Positions 53,132 to 64,000 of a DNA stretch of 64,000 nucleotides are shown one piece after another. Source of the DNA: Phoronis australis. Its lineage: Eukaryota > Animalia > Phoronida. Below the pieces are notes generated by a model. The model did not search any database and was not told the DNA's origin. It saw only the letters and a list, made by a program, of their open reading frames with translations. The stretch lies in assembly GCA_002633005.1 (NCBI GenBank), contig NMRA01000196.1, positions 542,824 to 606,823 on the forward strand, in the 5' to 3' direction. The first letter of the stretch is position 1. The number at the start of each line of letters is the position of its first letter. The translations under genes and the position numbers were made by a program.

Positions 53132-56100
53132 GCTGAAATTTGGTGAACACTGTTGAATCGTGCAGAATAGTAAGTAAAGATATGTCTAACTAAATTTCAC
53201 CGTAATTTGTTGGCGAAAACAATTTACACAAAGTTTTAAACTCGTAACTTATCCCGCTGTCCTCCAATATGGCCGACGCGATCCAAACAAAGTGACCCAA
53301 ATTTCGCCACAAAACTTGCAATAACTTTACACTGCTTGCCCCGATTTTGATACTTTTTCGATTTTTACTGAGTAGAATGTACTACCTTTCCGATAATAGT
53401 AAAGTACTTTTTCAAAACGAGGAAAAAATAAAACCGAAAAAAAACTGGTTCGACCCATATTGGTTCTTAGGTTCGACCGGCCTACGTAAGGATCTAAACA
53501 CCAATGCTATTTTAACATGCTAAGTACGCGTAACATTCCAAAAAATCAACGACCACTAACTACAAACTATAAATACACTACATATGCAAACGAATCACGA
53601 TATATTACTAATAAAACAAAATAATGAAGACTTTTCGAGCAAGCCATAGCACATTCAGTTACAGGGAAAAAATGGCGGCGTTCAGGACAAGTTCCTGAAC
53701 TGATGAGCCGGAAATGTGGGTACGGAAATAATCGATGACAACCGGTAATCATACGCTCAGAGAGAAGGGTCAAATACTGTTAAAAAATCGCTTTTGGCAA
53801 GAAAGGCGAAAAGAATATAAAGAAAGGGTGTCGAAAATAAGAATTTATGTAGTAAGTATTTTCGGATATTAGAACCAAATGGGCAGTCTGCAACAAGGAC
53901 TTTAAGGCCAAGGCAGAGAAAAAAGTGCGTTCAAGATCGCTTATTTGGGTTCACCATCGCCATAGAGAATTAACGACATCGTTCCCGATCGCCATCTCAG
54001 AGAAGGACCTGCCTGTATTGGTAAATATCTCGAATTGTTTCACAAATCATAACTAACAAAGGTGTCATCACGGACGATTAAAGTGTAAACGTCACACGTC
54101 TCTAATTAGGAACCATGGAAGTGCAAATGACAAGTAGAAATTGTCGATTTTACGGGGCGCAAGGCATTTTACCGAAAGCCGTTGCTTTCTGAGCTCCTTA
54201 TTTTCAAAAATAAACAAAAACCAAGTATTATTTCAGATTCACAGCAAAGGCTACACTCTGACGCTTTTCTTTGTGTTGCATACATGTACGTACCAAAGTA
54301 GCCTCTATTTAAGAAGAAAATGAAACTTAAACTCACCGGGTACGTCATTGTCGTCTGCCATGTTTGGTGCAAGGTCTCGTTCTCGGTCGCTTTCCGGGCT
54401 TTCTCGATCGCGGGTTGGCCGGGGTGTAGAAAGTAGCACTAAGAGACCTAAATTAACATCTGCTAACCACAACAAATCAAACAACAAATGGAGCACTTAG
54501 GATAAATTTGGACACATATACAATCATTCCCAAACCTGACTGCAGTTCCTGTTCATTGATCGGTTCTGGCATATTAAATCAACATTATCCTCAATTCTCT
54601 TCGAGAATGGTTTTACACCATCAACGGTCAAAACATGGCCCACGTTACTAACTTGGGGTTGACTAATCTTAGTTTTAATTTCATTTTAATCATGGGTTTT
54701 CTGGCTATCTCAAGTACAAACATGAGCTGTTCATCATGCTCTTGGGGTGTTTTGAAGTGAATCGGAATATCCTCCATCAAAATAATTATCCAATCCTGAA
54801 ATATGACCACAGGTTTTTTGCCCTTTCATCAATTTCTGAGGACCTTTCTAAGCCCATGGTTAGTCTAAGACGCCTGTATCGCACAAACGGGACATTAAAA
54901 GTTGTGTAGTAAGAACTTTGCTCACTCAGCCTGATATGATGATAATCCATGTTTGCATCAAGTACACTGAAAACTCCCATGTAATCTGGTTACATTGTCA
55001 TCAATTGAACTCACCAGGTGCTGTTCCCGCAAAATAGCATTATTTTCGGTAGAAGGACCATTTCAAAACCTGTCTCTATTATTGCGTTTCCGAACATATA
55101 CTAATGATGGCACCCATAGTTTTGACTCAGTGACTTCCGTGATAATGACACACCTTTCTAGATGGTCTAGTTCTTTATTACCTGCTCTCTGATAGCAGCT
55201 GGAACTGGTCTGGAAGGGTGAACTACATCACTGTATTCTCTGATAAAGGAATCTTGATTTGCATTTCGCTTCTGAGATTCGACTACAAACTGTCTATGGA
55301 CTACAATTCATTTCACAGTGCCATTACGTCCTGACCAATCTGATTGATTCCTGTTGTCCAATATAAGACGCTTTAGCATGTGTCTTTGACTCTTATAAAC
55401 AGCCGGCAGTATAACTTTACCACAGTTTCCCATGAATACCAATAATCTTATCATTACTTTTGTTTCAACAGATGCTCGCTACCTATCCTTCTCAGTGTGG
55501 CTAGTGACAACACCTTTCCATCTGCAAAAATATCCATAGGTGTTACTTACCGACTTGTATTGTGATTTTCCAATTATCAGAACTAGTGCATGTATAATTT
55601 TAATTTATACCCAACACATCTTTAATACTGCATTGCTCCATCACATTTGTAGCCATGTGGTCGTCCTCAGTTCTGCGTTCATTTGTGTGTCCTCCTCGGT
55701 GATTGCGGTTGTGATTTCGACCACGATTTTCTCTGAAGTTGTGATGCCCTTGAGATTGTCTTCTTCTCTGCTGAGGATGCTGTTCTTGAAGTCTAGATCT
55801 CTGCAGAAAAGCCTGTTTTCCTCGGCAAGTTTGCAAAATGGCCAAAACTAGCACAAGCTTGACATGTTTTGCTTCTGACAGGACAGCCGTCCTCGAAATG
55901 TGTTCCCGTGCATTAGCTAAAAAAATCTTGTGCTTTGTGTGACAAACATTGTCCTCAGCCGATAATTTGTTTAGATGCTGTTGAGACAGTTCTCTGGCGA
56001 GACAAATTTTAATTACCTTCTCCTAGAGGAAGTCATCTACTTCTCAGTCTTGAAAGTTCAATTTGGTACGACTGTCACGGACACCATTGTCAATTCCGTC

Positions 56101-56261
56101 ACAAATAAATGTGTCCTCTATGTCACAGTGGCCACGTGCCTTTGCACGATGATTAAGATTCGCTAAAAAGCCATGAGTGACTCACCGCCCTTCTTGTTAC
56201 GTTTCTAAAAATATCGTCTGCGAATATTTCTTATTGCATTTCTTATGGACATCATTAAAAC

Positions 56262-57353
56262 AGATTGTTATAAAACCCCCTTGACCCCACACCTCACTAA
56301 TCCCTCGACCCACCACCCCCTCAACCCATGACGAACGACCTCCTCGACCCAAGACCTGCAACCCCCTCGACCCAGTCTATACAAGCTCGACTCGATCTGA
56401 ACATAGAACATTGACTTGCAGGACCAATGAGTTGGGCCGTGAGCACGGCTAGCTTTTCCCTGTTTTTTTGCAATTAAGAGAGTCGATTCGGCAAGTTTGA
56501 AAGCCGAAAACAGAAAAAAAAACAACGCAGCCAACTCAAATCAAAGACCTACATGTACCAACGTTAAAAATGTTCCCGGTACAGTGTAATCATCTCATCT
56601 TCTCTTCAGTGAATGGCAGATTCAACCTTTTTTGCGGAGAGTGCAAGGAACCGACAAAACTGTAATTTCATACGTAAATACAGTTTGAAAAAAACAAACT
56701 GTTAACGTAGGTAAAAGTATTTCAATGTTTTTGGAGTACATTGTTAACGAGTATACAGCAGAAAGCAAATAATAAAATGTAAAATTATGTACATTCATGT
56801 TAACGCACTCTCTTCCTAGGTTTAGTAGAACTGGGGTCTGTTCCAAGAGACTGACTCGAATTAATTTTTTACTTAAGTCTAAGTTTTGTCTTAACTTCCA
56901 AACTTTGTTACTTCCACATTTGGTAAGTTAGTCAAAATTAAGACAAAACTTAGGTCAAACCCTTAAGTCAAACTTCAGATCTCTTTCTTGAATTAGTTTT
57001 GAGACAGATTTAACTTTTATTTTAAAATTTACTAAAATTTAAGGTTTGTCTTAGCTAAGTCAGTTTTGTTGAAACGGACCCCTGGACCATTGGTAGCCGC
57101 TCGTAGTATCATTTCCGTGGCAACAATAGCGTGCTCACAATATACTATTTCAGATCACGTTGTCACACCACTTTCTGTTTTTAATCACCAAACTTGAGTC
57201 AGAGCAGACTTGCTTGTATGTCTTATGGGAAAGTTACTCAGCTACATAATAAGATCGTGAAATATGTAAAAAGCGCAAAAATACCTCTGTTGCCACAGTC
57301 GTGGGTCGAAGGGCATGGGGGTTGGGGGGTTCGAGGGTTTTTTAGAACAATCC
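56262..57353. mobile_element. MULE-like MITE, copy 2 (inverted relative to 7341-8413)
   Basis: AGATTGTTATAAAAC...TTTTAGAACAATCC, flanks CATTAAAAC / CAACAAAAC (7/9), internal homology to copy 1. Confidence 0.8.
56834..57081. mobile_element. Harbinger-type MITE with CTG TSD nested in MULE copy 2
   Basis: CTG|GGGTCTGTTCCAAGAGACTGACT...AGTCAGTTTTGTTGAAACGGACCC|CTG. Absent from MULE copy 1. Confidence 0.7.
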
Positions 57354-57789
57354 CAACAAAACATGACATTACCGGATCTAATTTTACTGTTTTCTTTCGG
57401 CTAGAGACCAAACCTGTTATACAAATTGGCGATCCCAAAAAGGTGCAGACAGACGTTAATCTTGTTCACGTATTTTTGAGTCCGCTTGCGACCAGGTAAA
57501 TGTCAAATCTCTCGCCGCTGGCTCCAAGTTTCTCTTTTTTGTCAGATTCGAGTTGCAGAAACGGTTCTGGCGGGCTCAAGTCTAGCTTAGATGCCACTTT
57601 ATTTAGGAACAACCAACTCTTGTCATCTTGTAATGTCGTGTGGAGAGAGGAGTGAGGAAGACGATCTTACACGAACACTACTTTATTGCGGACTGTCTAA
57701 CTACTGTACAGCAACATGTTTGCTCGTACATGTATGCATATGAGTCACATTTCGCAGAACTGTTTGGCAATGCCCAGCGTGAGTTAAAA

Positions 57790-60310
57790 CCCATTTATGC
57801 CCAACTACGCGTTTTCACTGCATATTCAGATATTATGAGCCTTTAGACATACAATGAACATAATGAATAAGGAAAAATGGAAAGAAGTTTTTATTTTACG
57901 TTTTTTGACGTTTTTATTTTCGTCCCACAAAGGGACGCTGGGCACATGTGGGGTCTATAAACCACCAACAGAAATGCCTACTAAAACCAGTAAAAATGAA
58001 AGATGTAGTATGATATTGATTGTTTTTAGATGCTAAGATATTGTAGAAAGTAAAATAAAAGACAAAAATTCATGAGAATATTGTATCAAGTATCTTTATT
58101 GTGCAACATGAAATGCCATAAAGCATTTGTCGTGAAGGCTAACATCGCATTTCACACAAAAACGCTTTGTCTTCATTTTACAAACTGCACATCGCCTCTG
58201 GGTGTCTCTTGTGTTAATGAAGTGGTCCACTCTGTCAAATCTGACATCAGGCAATACTTTCTTTGAGCAAGGCACGGATTTAGGAACATACTGAGTGACT
58301 CGTTTCCCCTTCATAAGCAACACGTTAGCAATTTCGCGCCGAACCTCCAGGAGATCTTTGTGCTGCTCCTTTCCACTTTCGGTTGCTCTGTAGAGGTGCC
58401 ATGCTTGCTGTACACAAAGATCTAGACAATAGGCGAAAATCGGCCACCACCATTTCTTTGATCGTATCGAGACCCTGTACTTATCTATGTTTTGATCCAT
58501 TCTGTCGACACCACCCATGGTTTGGTTGTAGTGACTTATCACAAAGGGTTGGTCAATCCGTATGCGCTGGCTCTCTGCGCGAGACCATCTTTTTGCCCTT
58601 TGTAAGGGGGCAACTCCGTGAAGATTGGACACTATATTGACAATGCTGTTGTCATTCCACCTGACAACACAAAGATTATTTGCTGCATCGTATGAGTAGT
58701 CATATGTACCACGAGGTGTCTTCTGGAACTCCTTCACTGCTGTCAGGGGACAGTCTCCTAGCCGATTTGCACGGATTGTGCCAGTGCACGCAATGCCTCG
58801 TCTCGAGAGCTCGTCAACCAAGTCCAGTGAGGTGAACAAGTTGTCAAAGGTCAGGTGGTATGGTTTGTCCTTTGGTAGCTCAGCCAACAGATCAAGCACG
58901 ACTCCACCCCCCATACCAAACCCTGCGGTGTCACCCGTCTGCTGACCGCGTTTTCCTTGATATGGTTCAAACTGAACCACTTATCCTAAAGCAGTGGTCA
59001 ACGCCCAGATTTTGAATCCGAATCTGATGGGTTTGCCGCGAATAAACTGTTTGGCCCCGTGTCGCCCGTAGTAGGGGATCATCGACTCGTCAATTGACAA
59101 GTTTTGCTCTCGGCTGAAATAGATGAGACACTTCTCATTGATAGCCGCCATCAGAGGTCTCACCTTTCCCATTTTGTCAGTGCCATCCAGGCGATTATTG
59201 TCTACTAAATGCAAGTAACGCATTATTGTCTCGAACCTGTTGCGAGACATAGTGTTGGCTACTGCTGTGTTGTGCAAATCATCGTCAAGAGACCAATACA
59301 TTCTGCGCCTAGGGGTCGATGAGTATCCGGATACCAGGAGTATGCCAATGAACGATTTCATCTCATCTTGGGTAACAGTGAAATCATGAGCACCTTTAGT
59401 TCAAGCATAGCGCACCGTCTCTGACACAATCATGTCAATTACATCATCAGAAAAAAACAACTCGAACAATCCTGCTGGAGTCTGCGGCAAGTTGTCAAAG
59501 TTTGCTGTTGGTTGCTGACGCCACAGAAATTTGTCATGGGCTGTGATGTCCTGTTTGACCCAGGTTCTTGCAGTCTTTTGCTTTTTTGCCTTTTTGGTAT
59601 TACTGTTTGTTCTTTGTTGTTTGGGTGGAGGCGGTTCATCATCAGAGCTGTTACTGCTGTCTTCCATTCGTTGACGTGTGCTGTTGATAACGGTTACAGA
59701 CGCTGCAGCAGTAAGGAGACGACCAGGAAGATTATCCATATTTCCACCGCTGTCTTCATCTCCACTGTCCTCATCTGTTATATCACCATCTGAAGGAGGG
59801 CACATAAAAATGTCAGCCCGTTGAAATGCTCCATCATCTTCCGGCATTGCAACAGCATCATTTACAGTAAGATTTCTGCCAAATAAAATGAGAATAACGA
59901 TATTACAAGGAGCAACCATTTGTGCCCAGCGTCCCCTTTGTGGGACGTTTGCAAATGGCATTTATTTTTTACACAATTTGTGAAAACAAATAATGAAAAC
60001 TTTCTATGAACTCTAGACACATTATTCTACTAAGTGAATTGCAATAAACTGAAAATTTCATGATTTGAATAAAATTTTTGCTTACCTTCTTTGAGACATG
60101 TTAAAAACCTTTAAACCATGCAGGCGTCGCGCCACAATAGCAAAATTACGTGAGTAAAAGTGGAGATAATTCCAATTGTAGCAAATGCCCATCTGCGTAC
60201 ATTCCCAAGCAAACACTTCACCAGAGTAAATCCAGATAGAATTGAATTTTCGTTAATTTAGGACAGCATTTTTGTAGTGTCCCACAAATGGGACGCTGGG
60301 CATAAATGGG
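57790..60310 (-). mobile_element. Full-length piggyBac transposon
   Basis: 13-bp TIR CCCATTTATGCCC / GGGCATAAATGGG. Internal repeat GTCCCACAAA(T)GGGACGCTGGGCA at ~57922, ~59922 (inverted) and ~60279. TTAA flanks degraded (TTAAAA / TGAT). Confidence 0.93.
58096..60099 (-). pseudogene. piggyBac (PGBD2/3-like) transposase, ~597 codons, one intron, two in-frame stops
   Basis: Exon 1 60099-60086 (MSQR), GT-AG intron 60085-59876, exon 2 colinear through TGA 59401-03 and TAA 58981-83. Catalytic SIDESM, TFDNLF, GGVDRMD and C-terminal CxxC..CxxC..H..C..H. Confidence 0.93.
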
Positions 60311-62804
60311 TGATGACTATGCTGGTAGATTTGGAATTAGAGTGTAGTTACATGTAGTCATGTAGATTTAGAAGTCATACAGAACAAAATTTTGTCATCA
60401 AGGGCAGTTGCTAGACGTGTCAAGCATCAGAAAATGTACATATTTTCGAATAATCAAGATTTATATTAAAATAAATTCTCGTCATTTATAATTAAAACTT
60501 GATTTCGTGTCAGGTACACAAATAACAAGGCACTAAATGCAACAATCCTCCAAGGGGAACGTATTCTATGTGTAATAACGATTTATTTTGTTAACAAGTA
60601 ATATCAAGCTGCGTCATCTCACATTCGTCAATTCGTGGTCCATACCGTCCTCGGACCACTAGTTTGTTAGTTTGAGTACCGTCTGATTGTCATTTCCTTT
60701 AAAAGAATACAAAACCCGGTTTTTGGTCTAATAACAGATGATAAAAACGACTGTCCAGTCCACTTATCTGAAACAAAATAAAGCTCTGTAGCCATCGCCA
60801 ACTCTCAAATATTTAGAGGAAAATTTGTTTGAAAACCCTTTTAAAGTCTGCTAAACGGGCAAGCGCCTCGTGGCCTACACTTTTAGCAAATTACACGGCA
60901 ACTGAGTGAAAAGACCACCCACCAAGGACCATACCAATCTGTGACACAGGCCGAGCGTGAATTTTTTAGTTGATTCTTGCCTTTAACTTGAAAGCTTGGC
61001 GGCAATGATACATTAGCAGGTGACAGATTGAGGATTGGTTGAAGTCATCAAAAAAGGGCTTAGTCTCAATTAAACTCCTATTTTTAAAAACAGTTCAAAC
61101 ATTTATTCATGTTCGTTAATTGTTGACGTACACTGCTGTTGGCGTACCGGTAGGCCTATACCGATACATACGCACGTTTACATGATATTGTTTAGACGGC
61201 TCTGACGTGAATAGGGCATTGGTAGCCAACTTTGAGACGTCGGTGTTGCGCGTGTACGATAGTGACGTCACTGTGCCAGCATGGTTGCTCAAACAGAACC
61301 TGTTCAGGTAATGGACACCAGAATTTATTGTAATGCACCTGTGTCACCATGAATGCTACTGAAACCGTTTAAGTCAAAAGTCTACCCCATTAATTGTTTG
61401 GTTCATTAATCGTTAACTTTCCAGTTCGCCATGACACATGGTTTTGAATTTTGAGGTGTTAACAGATTTCGGTGTGCTTTTAAAACTACCGTAACAATAT
61501 TTGTAATGGAGATTGAGCTCTCAAGCACAAGCTTGTTTTTTCTTGTAAATCATAATTATGAAACAATCGAAACTCGTTTGAGACATCGGGAGCTTTGAAA
61601 TTTGGACATTGTAGCAATTTTTTGTAGCCAGGCTAGACTTACATTCATATCTGGAACCACAATACCTACCTAGCTGAACCTCAATGGGATGTACCTGACC
61701 TGAAACCTGCCACAACACTTCGACTAAGATACTGCAAAGATACGGTTCAGCATCCAGAATAGACTTGAAATTTATGTACATCCTCAATATCCAAACCACC
61801 TTATTGATTGTAAATACATTTAAAGATATGAAAGTGACCTAACTCTTAAAAATAGACAAAACGGGCCAAAATCGGCATGGTCATGCAATCAAACTTATCC
61901 CTCGTATACTGTTCAACATTTTTGCAACACAGCTCCAAATTGCACACCTCGTCTCGTTAATGATATTTCAACTAACTAGTCAAAATCATTACAACTCGAT
62001 TTCTTTTCAGTCGTTATACCAAATGAAGTGGCAAGCGAATGTTGTTGGAAATTAGTCTCCACCTCATCACTTTCCACAGTTATGAGCATTTTGACCAAAC
62101 AGTCGCGTTTGGAGTTTCTTTTGTCTCTGTTGAAGTGCATGCCTAGCGCAAAAGTTTGACCAAAATTATCTGTGACCGTTTCTTGTAGCTCTGCTTCGAG
62201 GGATAAGGATAACGCCTGGTACCCAACAATAGCTGCCACCTTGCGGGGTAGACGTAGTTCGGCTCCCAGACTATGCCAAAATATTCCGAGCACAATTTAT
62301 GTCACAAAAATTAAAAAACGAGTGAGATACGGAGTTTTTAATGACTTAGCTTTAGTGTAGACAGTTACAGACGATGTACACGAATTTGACAAATGAGACG
62401 GTTAGATATCAAATCAACCTGGAATTCTGTACGTTGCGGGTACGAAGCCGCGCGTCATTGAGTTCTCATACAATTACTTCGCTAATTATCAATTGGCATC
62501 GCCAAAAGCCATAAGTCATTATATGCCAATGACTCCAACGCGTTTGTGGAAAATCGATTTGTGAAAACTTGTAAAATCGTGTCTTAACTCTAAAACAATT
62601 TCACGCCAATCAACAATTGCAAAAAATAGGAAATCAACAATATACAGGTAAATGGGGCAGTGACATTCGGCATCAGAGAAATACCAATTTGAAAAACATA
62701 TACACCTGGATAGGGTGACAAAGGGTGGGATAACAACTTTAAAGGAAAAAATGACCAATGTTGGCATATATGATGTTGAACCAAAGAGGCTTTGGCTTTG
62801 TATT

Positions 62805-63588
62805 TTAGGTACCCGAGTTGCCTGTAAAGTTTAGAACTGCGTGAAAAGGTACCATATTTGGATTTTTACGGTACGGAACATATTCAAACTGTGGATGAAC
62901 CATCGAATAGTAAGGAGGATGTCGCTTTCCTTTAAATAACGGATCCTTCCATACTGTGTTATTACGAACAGAAGATGGCGCTAAGTCCCGCTCCTCGTTC
63001 ATAAGGACGTCATATCCAACAACACCTCCGTCTACTTTGGGGTAATCCCCATGGTCACGGTTCAAGGTGTGCATTAGAGAATATACAAGGGCCTGTCCTC
63101 GGTATTTAGCGTACACCCTGAATGGTAGTATGATATCACTCATCCACCACGACTTTGACTCGTACTTCAACGGTATTGGGAACAAATGAGGAGCTGCGTC
63201 AGCATGAAAAACAAACAAGCAAGTGTCGAAGCTTATCATTGGGAAAAATTCCGGAAATAGCAACCTGCTTCCGTTCTTCATCTTGCAACACGTATCAAGA
63301 AAATCTCCCTTGAACCGCTTGGCATAAGTCGACGTCGAATAGATAGAAGTGCTAGCAGCTGGTTTAATTCTGAGTAGAAAGTTTTCATATTGTCGTAAGA
63401 TGGGTAACTCTGGATCTATTTTCGATCGAACACTAGGCTCAAGAAGAAGAGAGTCAGTCCTTTGAAAAATGGCGTCCTGGTCCATGAATAAGTGATACAT
63501 TGCCCCAGTTTTGGTCAAGTATGTTGCAGTGTAATTATGCAGTAAATTTCGGCCGAAGTTCAAGGATGTGCCGTTCACGTGGAGATAC
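62805..63588 (-). CDS. Last exon of an uncharacterised protein with a glycosyltransferase-like DxD motif
   Basis: tgttacAG acceptor at 63590-63589, ~260 open codons with GRNLL, YHLFMDQD, FDTC..FH, SWW and N.DHGDYP motifs. The GT-A-like fold is inference. Confidence 0.65.
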
Positions 63589-64000
63589 CTGTAACACAAG
63601 GTCACTCTGGTGAAAAGTTATGTATATGTAGATTGCTCGACCATAATACTGCACCGGCGTACACTAGCAATGGGCGCAACTGAAATGTTGAATTTAAGGA
63701 GAAACATATATGCAAACCAAAAATAGCATAATTGTTTTAGTTGTTCATATTTTCAAAAAGAAAAGGTCGCGTGATGTCAACTGAAAAGCTTCAGATTCCG
63801 TCTTTCTCATAACCTTCAGCGCCATCTGGGGCCGGAGTTATTAATGTCTGTACCAAAAGTCGCATTCAGCAAACTCAAGATAGATAAGTTTCTAGAATTC
63901 TGTGCTCTAGTACGTAATGGTTTACCTAAATGACTGTCTAAGCCTAGCTTGTACTTCATGGCACCAGCATTAAACCTATAATTTCGATTCTGAGCTCGAA

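Larger units (their letters stand above)
54500..57600 (-). pseudogene. Decayed Gypsy LTR retrotransposon gag-pol relic
   Basis: RT motif FSVLDANMDYHHIRLSEQSSYYTTFNVPFVRYRRLRLTMGL (54840-54975), with eroded gag-like sequence upstream. Interrupted by MULE copy 2. Confidence 0.7.

Noticed and set aside
52641-53156. Long ORFs in the track
   Set aside because: Produced by the N gap.
53697-53740. Hammerhead at CTGATGA...GAAA
   Set aside because: Stem II closing pair and stems I and III cannot be formed.
57629-60352. Gypsy 5' LTR split by the piggyBac (TGTAA..TTACA, AATAAA)
   Set aside because: No second LTR to compare, the PBS is degenerate, and the outer end coincides with a TACATGTA scar.
61521-62293. 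Two minus-strand ORFs (92 and 105 aa) as genes
   Set aside because: No recognisable motif or convincing splice structure.

Overview
AT-rich (about 39% GC by eye), gene-poor eukaryotic DNA, most likely from a marine invertebrate, and dominated by transposable elements. It is not prokaryotic and has no CRISPR array, rRNA or intact tRNA. Recognisable elements: an internally deleted two-gene PIF/Harbinger (36.5-39.0 kb), an intron-containing piggyBac with two nonsense codons (57.8-60.3 kb), an Academ-type relic (5-9.3 kb), two eroded Gypsy gag/pol relics, three TTAA-flanked Kolobok-like copies with a P2X7-tail/KolX-like remnant, EnSpm/CMC-type elements, MULE-, P/hAT-, Harbinger- and pogo-type MITEs, and a Penelope 3' end with a minimal hammerhead ribozyme. 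Host-like coding pieces: an exon at 390-567, a sushi-like exon, a decayed kringle-like exon, a 264-aa single-pass membrane ORF (partly duplicated by an assembly artefact) and the last exon of a DxD-containing protein. Most notable: (i) TACATGTA occurs about 22 times, and five paralog comparisons show it arising by a 6-bp insertion at a TA-like site, as expected for Tc1/mariner excision footprints; (ii) a four-level nested transposon at 17.8-20.6 kb with every TSD readable; (iii) a 5-bp-TSD DNA-transposon family carrying a tRNA-like Pol III cassette whose A box was hit by another element. All family assignments come from motifs read by eye; no searches were run.
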